The notes under the pieces: model-generated
Databases searched by the model: none
Seen by the model: only the letters and a program-made list of their open reading frames with translations
Told to the model about the DNA's origin: nothing
Translations under genes and position numbers: made by a program
From: Lingula anatina
Lineage: Eukaryota; Animalia; Brachiopoda
Direction of reading: 5' to 3'
Assembly: GCA_051362555.1 (NCBI GenBank)
Contig: CM120646.1
Span: forward strand, 1,550,001-1,614,000
Length of the DNA: 64,000 nt
Part shown: positions 56,547-64,000 of the stretch, in pieces
Numbering within the stretch: the stretch's first letter is position 1
Layout: each line of letters opens with the position of its first letter

Positions 56547-59500
56547 TAAGACTGAAAGGAACATAGCATATTCTGGTGCTCAGAGAAAGGTGATAAATAC
56601 AATAAAAACATGACATATTACACCTTGTGAATAATGTTCCCTGACATTTTCTTTTAACACTTAGAAAAACAAATAGAACCATTACAGTGATGAGTTTCAC
56701 ATTTTTTTTCAGTTTCTTAATGTGTGGAATAATTCTAATGTCAGCCCACATAAATCTGTTCACTGTTACAGTACAAGTCTTTAAGTACAATATTGACATA
56801 TGTATTTTCAAGTGGAATTTCAAAATGTATTTTTCCCAAATTACAACCTGTCAACACCAGAACTATAGTGACTCTTTAACTTATTTTACAAAATGGAGTC
56901 CTTCTTTCAAATAACTCTATGTATTAATAGAGAATGAAGGAGAAACTGCCTGAAGCACTCAAATACCCCCACTAAGCAAACATAAACTGCTCCATTTTTG
57001 GGGGGGAGAACGAAAGGGATGCAAAATACACATATTTTATCAGTCTGCATTCATCTCCATTTTTAATTATTTTAATCCAAAAACAGCCTTATTTAAAGAA
57101 GACAGAATGATGTAGTAAAATATACGTGACAGTACAAACTTTAGTCTTGTGTGGCAACCTCTGCAAGTAATTAGTGTTTCAGTATTATTAGTAGTATATT
57201 TGGAGAATAATGCGAATGATTGGCATGTCAACAAATGGACTTCTGGGAATTATTTTTTGAAAACACTAATATAGTTGTATCTTAATGCATAAAAGTGAAA
57301 AACATTATTACATATTATCTTTCTTTTATGTCCATAAAACCCCCCTTCTGCATTTCAAAAAATCTTTAACTGTCACCATTTCCCTCATCCTCTCCCCCAG
57401 CACCCACCAGTGTCAGGTGATGCAGACGTGCAATGAGGCTGGCAGCTTGCCAAATGCCACGGAACAAACCTGAAAACACTGTCCTGCATATCAATAGCCA
57501 AACAATCTCTGTACTCCAATTTTTCTATCAAATTTGCCCTCAAAGTTCTTTAAAGTTTCCATTCATTCCAAATCTGTTTGTTGTCATAGTGAATAATGCA
57601 GTTTTTTACCTTTAATATGTGCACTGAAAAGGTGTTTTTAACCCAAAAATAATGACTGCAGTATCGTCACAATTTTAAGAATACTTGAGAATGTCAAGCA
57701 AATACACATAAATCTTTCATCACATTTGAATTATTTTTCAATGCATGAATGTTCTTTATACTGCCAGTTTAAAACTGTATACTATTTCTATCATGTATTT
57801 GTAGATGGAAGATGGGCAAATGGCTGCTTTGATTTGTATCAAACTGACATGATAACTAACATGTCCTCAACAAAGACAATATTTATATTCTGTGACCAAC
57901 ATAATACAAAACCTGTGATGTACATTATCCAATCAGATCTACAGTGAAATCAAATTCTAAAACAGCGAACATTATCCAATAAAGTTCACAACAAAATTGA
58001 ATTCACAAAGGGCAAGCACAAAAAATAACACTACAAAACAAATTGACAGTTCCCAAAAGATGCTTAACTGCGTTCCTTATCCACGTTTCTGGAAGGTTTT
58101 ATATTCAATAATGGACCGAATACTGTATAAATCGCCCTGTTTACCGCAGTGTCTGAAGAGCCATGTAAAGTGCCCTGTATCAATATTATGGTGCACATTG
58201 CCAGGTAACTCTGGACCGCGGAATGCGGGGTGTGTTGATCTACGGGATTACATTGGGGATAGTAAATCAGGGAGCAGGGGGATATGGCTGCCTCATTTTC
58301 TCTCTCCTACCCAGTCTAATTGGATGATGGGGATAGATTTGTATTCTTGATTTATTTTTCAACATTCTTTTTTTTGTGAAATCACCAGCTGTTCTCTTGT
58401 CCTTAAAATACTTCATATTGTTGTTACCAGTTCCTCAATTTTTTGTGACATTTTTCAAATTGTAATATTCTAGCTTTCACTACTGAGTGCCTATTTTAAA
58501 CCACAAATTGAAAATACAAGAAAGGAAATTCCATCTTTTTACCAACAGCTTAAACAAACACCACAAAATTGATACATCTTTAACTTCATTTTTTGATAGA
58601 CAATTCTTTAAATTCTCCAATCACAAAGAAAAATATTTTAAGCCTTGCCAGCCTTCTATTTAGCCTGTAAAGTTTTGGTAAGTCTCGTCTGGCTGTGAAT
58701 TTTCCCATCCCTTGTCAAAACATTTATGTCCAAAACTCTCACATGGGGACATTGACCATGCTAGAGGACAGTGGTCACTGTTGTCAAAGTTTGTGCCAAG
58801 CAGGGGACGCCATTAACGCATGCATGATACACAATTTTTCTCGCCTGTTTGCTCCCTGCTCTATTGTCCCATGTCCAGCTTAATTGGCTTCCAGGGGTCA
58901 TTGCACCACAAGCACCTGTTCTGGTCAGTCCCTAATAGACCTGAGAAACTTGACCACTCAAGTGACCAGTTGCTTCTAAATATACCAAATACCCGACCAT
59001 GAAGATTATTTCTAAGGCAAATAATTATTAAAATTTCAATATTTGTCTGTTGATCATTTAACAAAGAAGTCGGACAATCAGTTGAATATTTTTATATCAG
59101 ATATTTTGGGGGAATAAAAGTAACAAAATCTGATATTTATTCATTGGCTATAATAGCACCTGAGTGTGTATTTGACCATGGAACCTTTTCTCAGTATTTT
59201 CTGTTGATTACATAATGGCTTGTGTTGATAACTTAATGCAGCTTGAGCACGTAGAATATTCATAACAACAATAAGTTTGACTATCCACTTCACTGGACTT
59301 AATTTTCTGAGTGGTCATACCAGTGCATCTGACCAAAGAAACTTTTGTCAATAGTTTCTTGTTGATTTGTCACATATTTAGCATTCTTTCCTCTGATCTA
59401 TCAACACCATGGGTTTTAGATGCTCACAAGGACATGAAATTGCCAAAATATACAAGTTCAACAACCATAACACTGTAACTGTATAGCACAAACAGGCTTC

Positions 59501-62500
59501 GTGTTCCACAACTAAACCTTCCCTACAGATTTTGTCTGGCAGGGGGAGCTGCTGAGAGAGAGAGAGAGAGAAGTGAAGGGATTTAAACTGAATATAGTAG
59601 TTCACTCTGCTTTCTATATTAACTTTATACTCCATATGCTCCTGGTTGAATTTTTCAGTAGAAAAATGCCTTTCAAAGTGTACTTTATGAACTGTCAGCC
59701 TCTCCTAACATATAACAAAATTTCTTAACTCCCCACACTTTTTCTTTATAACATTATCATAATTATTATTCCACTTATCATTTATTCATTAATCTATCTA
59801 TTTTGGCTAGATGTCACTTGTGGTGTACTTCAGTAATAATCCTGTGCTTGCCATCTACAATTTTCATAGTAATATGTCATACTGAAGCAGTTTAATGCTC
59901 TCTGTTCCAATTCAGTACTTCACTGGCAGTTATCTGTCAACCATACCGTCCAATGGAATGCCACGGCTGGTGATTTCATTCCATTAACAACTTGGCAGTG
60001 TTGAAAAAACAGACTGATGAAATCTTTCAGTATCTTGTTAGTTGCATTGTTCCCTCTGTCAAATCCAATAGCTGAGTGTTTTTCCCCTTACTTAAATTTG
60101 GTACCATCAACTAGACAGTCTCAGAATGATGAAGCTATCTTGTTGGAGGTTTGACGGCTATGGTAATTGGCAAACAAACTGTGAGACTCTATCTAGATAT
60201 TCTGTATATTGGGTATTAAGTGAGTAATCTAATATATTAATGAATAGTAAAAAAATGAAAGGTGAAGGTTTTGAAAAGATGGTAATTGTCTAAATAAAAA
60301 TAGGTTGTCATAAAATACCAATCTCTAACTGAACTATAAGATTACAAAAATGAAGTCTTTGTTACTTAAATATTTCTTCTAATGCCTGAACAACTGTATT
60401 TTTTAATCAAGAAATAAAAATTCACAATTGTGGTTAGAATGTAATAGGATATTAGCAAACATTTATCAACTTAGTATATTTTAGTTAGTTTGGAATCAGT
60501 ATTCACATCACATTCTAGAGCTCCTGTCTGCTGCAACATGAGACAACACGCTTTTACTTTTAAAAGTACATCCAAACACTAAGCAGAAAACAAAAAACCC
60601 TGACGTGTATATATTTTTCATTTTTCAAGGTTCCTTAACACATTTCTCTTTAACAAAACTAGTACAGCAACACTATGGTAAAGTCTAGCTACCATGCCAT
60701 TCCGACCCCAATCTTAAGACTACACATACAGATGCTGAACTTGAAGCAGATGCCCAAGCAGTACCATCAAGTGATATTTGCCCGTATTTTTTTTTCAAGG
60801 TTATTTAACACATTTTCACTGTTCCATCTCCCCCTGTGCTGTACTAACCTTCACTCTCTGTGTCAGCCATTCTGGTTGTCTGGCATTTAGAAAGTTTACA
60901 AACCATACTACACATTAACACACATGATGGGAGCCTCTTACACCAAGCTTCGGGGATGTCCCATCAACATATCCATACATTAAATTCAGACTAATATTTT
61001 GCACAGTTTTTCTCAGAGTAGATAAACAAATGAGGTTTACCTTATATTTTCTTTGAATAAAAGTATAATATGTTCAACCATCCTATTAAGAGCCACACAG
61101 GCATATGTGTTGTGTGGGGGGGAGGGGGGGGGGAGCCTCACAGAGGTAATCCAAAAGATGGAACACATATATTCAAAGTTATGTGGATGCAAGTCATCTG
61201 TTTAAGAAGGCCACAGAGGCTGAGACAAGCTGTCAATGAGTATTAAACTTTAGACTGTTGATTCTTGAATGTACCCTTTGAAATTGGCAGACTGCTGATA
61301 TCCCATGTTGTTTTAAACCTTTATTGAGGACTGTGCTTCTCCCCTAAGACGATTCCAAAAATAATTCTTAATTTGACTTGAAATTAAGTTCTTTGACAAA
61401 TCAGTGCAGAACAGTGCTTGATAGAGAATGTGAGCTAAGGGGGGGGGGGGGGGGGGACGATGGAGGGAGGGAGGGAGAAGTGTAGGGAAGGATTGAGGAA
61501 ATGTTTATTTTTTAGACTAGTATTAGCACATACTAGTACATGTAATTGCATTAGAAGGTAAAACCTGTTTTAAAAACTTGACAGGCAAGACTGAAGCTGC
61601 GCATCATAAAACTTCCACCACAAACATTTTCAATCTTCTTTCCAGTCATGATGGCATGTGGAAAACTCGCTTTTCAAGCCCTCTTCCCATAATGCAATCA
61701 GAACCCTAGAAACTGAAAGTGACAAGACCTCTAACACGTAATGATGTTTTAATGTTACCAAACGACACAGTTTATGGGTAACCATGGCAACGGGTGGCAA
61801 ACTTGGCAGACCAGCCAAAGGTGAAATTAAAAGACAATTTTTAAAGCTATAAAAAGTGCATAGGTATGTCTGTTGCTGCCGTTGTCATGGAGATGTGATA
61901 TACACGAAATGTTTTAATGCAACTATGTGACTCTAAGGTCCATACGGCAACTACTTTCTCAGCATATGCCAGGAGAAAATTTAGCAGACCAACAATACTC
62001 ATTGTATAATAAAAAGTCATGGTTGTTAAACATGTGTTATGCTTGTGGTTTACAAATTACCAAGATTATGAAAAAAATGTGCCTTGTGCAAACTGGCATA
62101 TTTTCCCAAAGATATGTTCATAAAGATTGTCACAAATGCTGAGAGCTCTTCTATGGATTCCACTTTTCTCATTTTCAAACCAATTTTGCAATTTAATGCA
62201 CGGAAATTGTTTCTAAAATTGTGCTAAAACATATACAGAAAGAACCCCACCCCCTACCCATACAATTACAATGCCATTTGAAGTATTAAAAAACAACAAG
62301 GAAAAAAAGAACTCACTAATGCAAATGTCCATAAGCTGGACCTCATAATAACTCTCAGTTTACTGATGTTAATCTGCAGTATTCAAAACTTCTTGACTTT
62401 TCACTCTCGCCTTCATGTTACACTGGTTAAACCTTACAAGTTCTGGATAATATTTACCTTGAACCCTCTTGTTAATTTAGTGTGAAGACTCAAACCAAAA

Positions 62501-64000
62501 TATTACATCAGTCTTTGTATTAATTGTAGCGTTCACTTCATTGTCTGAAGGCGAAAATAGCAAAACCTATAGAGTGGCGAGCAATCGAATAAATCCCGTA
62601 ATAGCGTTATCTCCACTCCTGTGCCATTGAGGTAAAGTGGTCAGTGAACAACATAGCAAACAAGTTTACAAACTTCTGTTTGATGTTTGGAAAGTCAGCA
62701 TATTTAACTGTAACTTGTCATAATCCCTATCCCTCTGCCTAAATGCACTTGGTTACCCCCAGTCCTAATTAACAGCAAAGACTTAATCAATTCTACTGTA
62801 CTCATTAATTTAATTCATTAATACATTGCAGAGAACTTCAGTGTGATTGGGAACATGGGATTAATTAACTCACAAATACCTGTTGATGATATAATTGCTA
62901 TAATGGGGCATCACATAAGGTGAGGCATTAGCTAATGGGATTAAAGAAAGAGTGATGGCTGTGTATATTTCAGAGCCTGGCAAAGTCTAGAATATGTACA
63001 TGGACTAATTAAAATTTTTACTTGCTTTTTAAAACCCATATGACTTAATGCCTTTACCATACTTTAAGCAAAACCTTGTGCCCTAACTCCATTTTTGTCT
63101 GGCCTGTACTGTGTCATAAAGAACAGGTGTTCATATACCCAGCTGCTATATATATATATATATATACTGAAGCAAATTTTAAATACTTTTTTAAATATTG
63201 AAATGTATGTGTCCCACTTTTAACCACACTGTACTAGTACATTAAATAATTCACCCATAAGAACTGATTTTTAAAAATGGCTGCCATTCTCCTAGATAGC
63301 ATATACTTAGAACTCCAAGCCAGATGCAGAGTGGTCATTAAATTTTGAGTTCCACTGTCCACTTTATCTACCTGTTGTTTGTACACGCTCTCCACCTAGT
63401 CTGTAGTTTTTACCTGTATTGTGGTAAATCCACACTGACGGCTGCAGTATTTGTTGTGCTAACAATGCATCAGCGTGACCACTACTGTTGACATATTGTA
63501 AACCAGAGGGAGAGACTCTACTGGGCTTACAGTGGCCAAGGGGTCTGGTTACTCTGGAGCAAAAGTGGAGGGGGGGGGGGGGGAAGAAGTGGGCTATTTT
63601 CTTATATTTCCTCTACCAGGGTAAGCAGAAGAATGCCTCCTGGTCTTTGTTCTAAAGATTTGTGAAAATCATTGACTTATTTGTGGTATTCTTAAAGGAG
63701 ATTTACAGTGCGCTTAAATCTTATTGTTAACTAAATTAAATTGCTTTCCACTTCAAAATTTTTTCTTCTCCCCCTCCCCCCTCCTTGACCAATGACCATC
63801 AACAATGTTGTGTTTAGAATAAAGGTAATCATGTGTGGAATGTGTAATACATTGCATCTATATTGCCATGTTGTTGTTGATGGTGCTGTAATGCTGTTTC
63901 TTGATCGTCTGGCAGCACTGTTTTTGTAACACCCATAGCAAACCTATAAGGTGGTGAGCCATCAAATTAATCCCCTAATAGTAATATCCATTGCATACAA

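Overview
This is an AT-rich, microsatellite-rich, intron-containing animal genomic window. An invertebrate source is likely, possibly a mollusc or other lophotrochozoan, but that is inference only. Most ORFs in the six-frame track are spurious, so I rebuilt the genes by hand from GT-AG splice sites and exon phase. Four genes are supported: (1) a + strand group II PLP-dependent acidic amino-acid decarboxylase (CSAD/GADL1-like, 15 coding exons, ~486 aa); (2) + strand PECR ending in a PTS1 SKL (8 exons, ~296 aa); (3) a - strand 18-exon, ~609 aa C21orf58/DUF4587-like gene with a large extra C-terminal domain; (4) - strand FBXL7, whose 5' exons are unresolved within a long upstream region. Non-coding DNA carries several non-autonomous transposon families: Harbinger/Tourist-like MITEs with 3-bp TSDs, including a three-level nest; CAGG...CCTG MITEs with 5-bp TSDs; and a Helentron/HINE-like element with internal tandem arrays. 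Top leads: one MITE family inserted twice at the symmetry-equivalent site of another family's inverted repeats; an unusual Y-x19-N-x-H substrate motif plus a candidate mitochondrial-targeting extension in the decarboxylase; the C21orf58 C-terminal extension; and a DRNGY repeat tract in FBXL7. All coordinates were counted by hand and no database searches were run.
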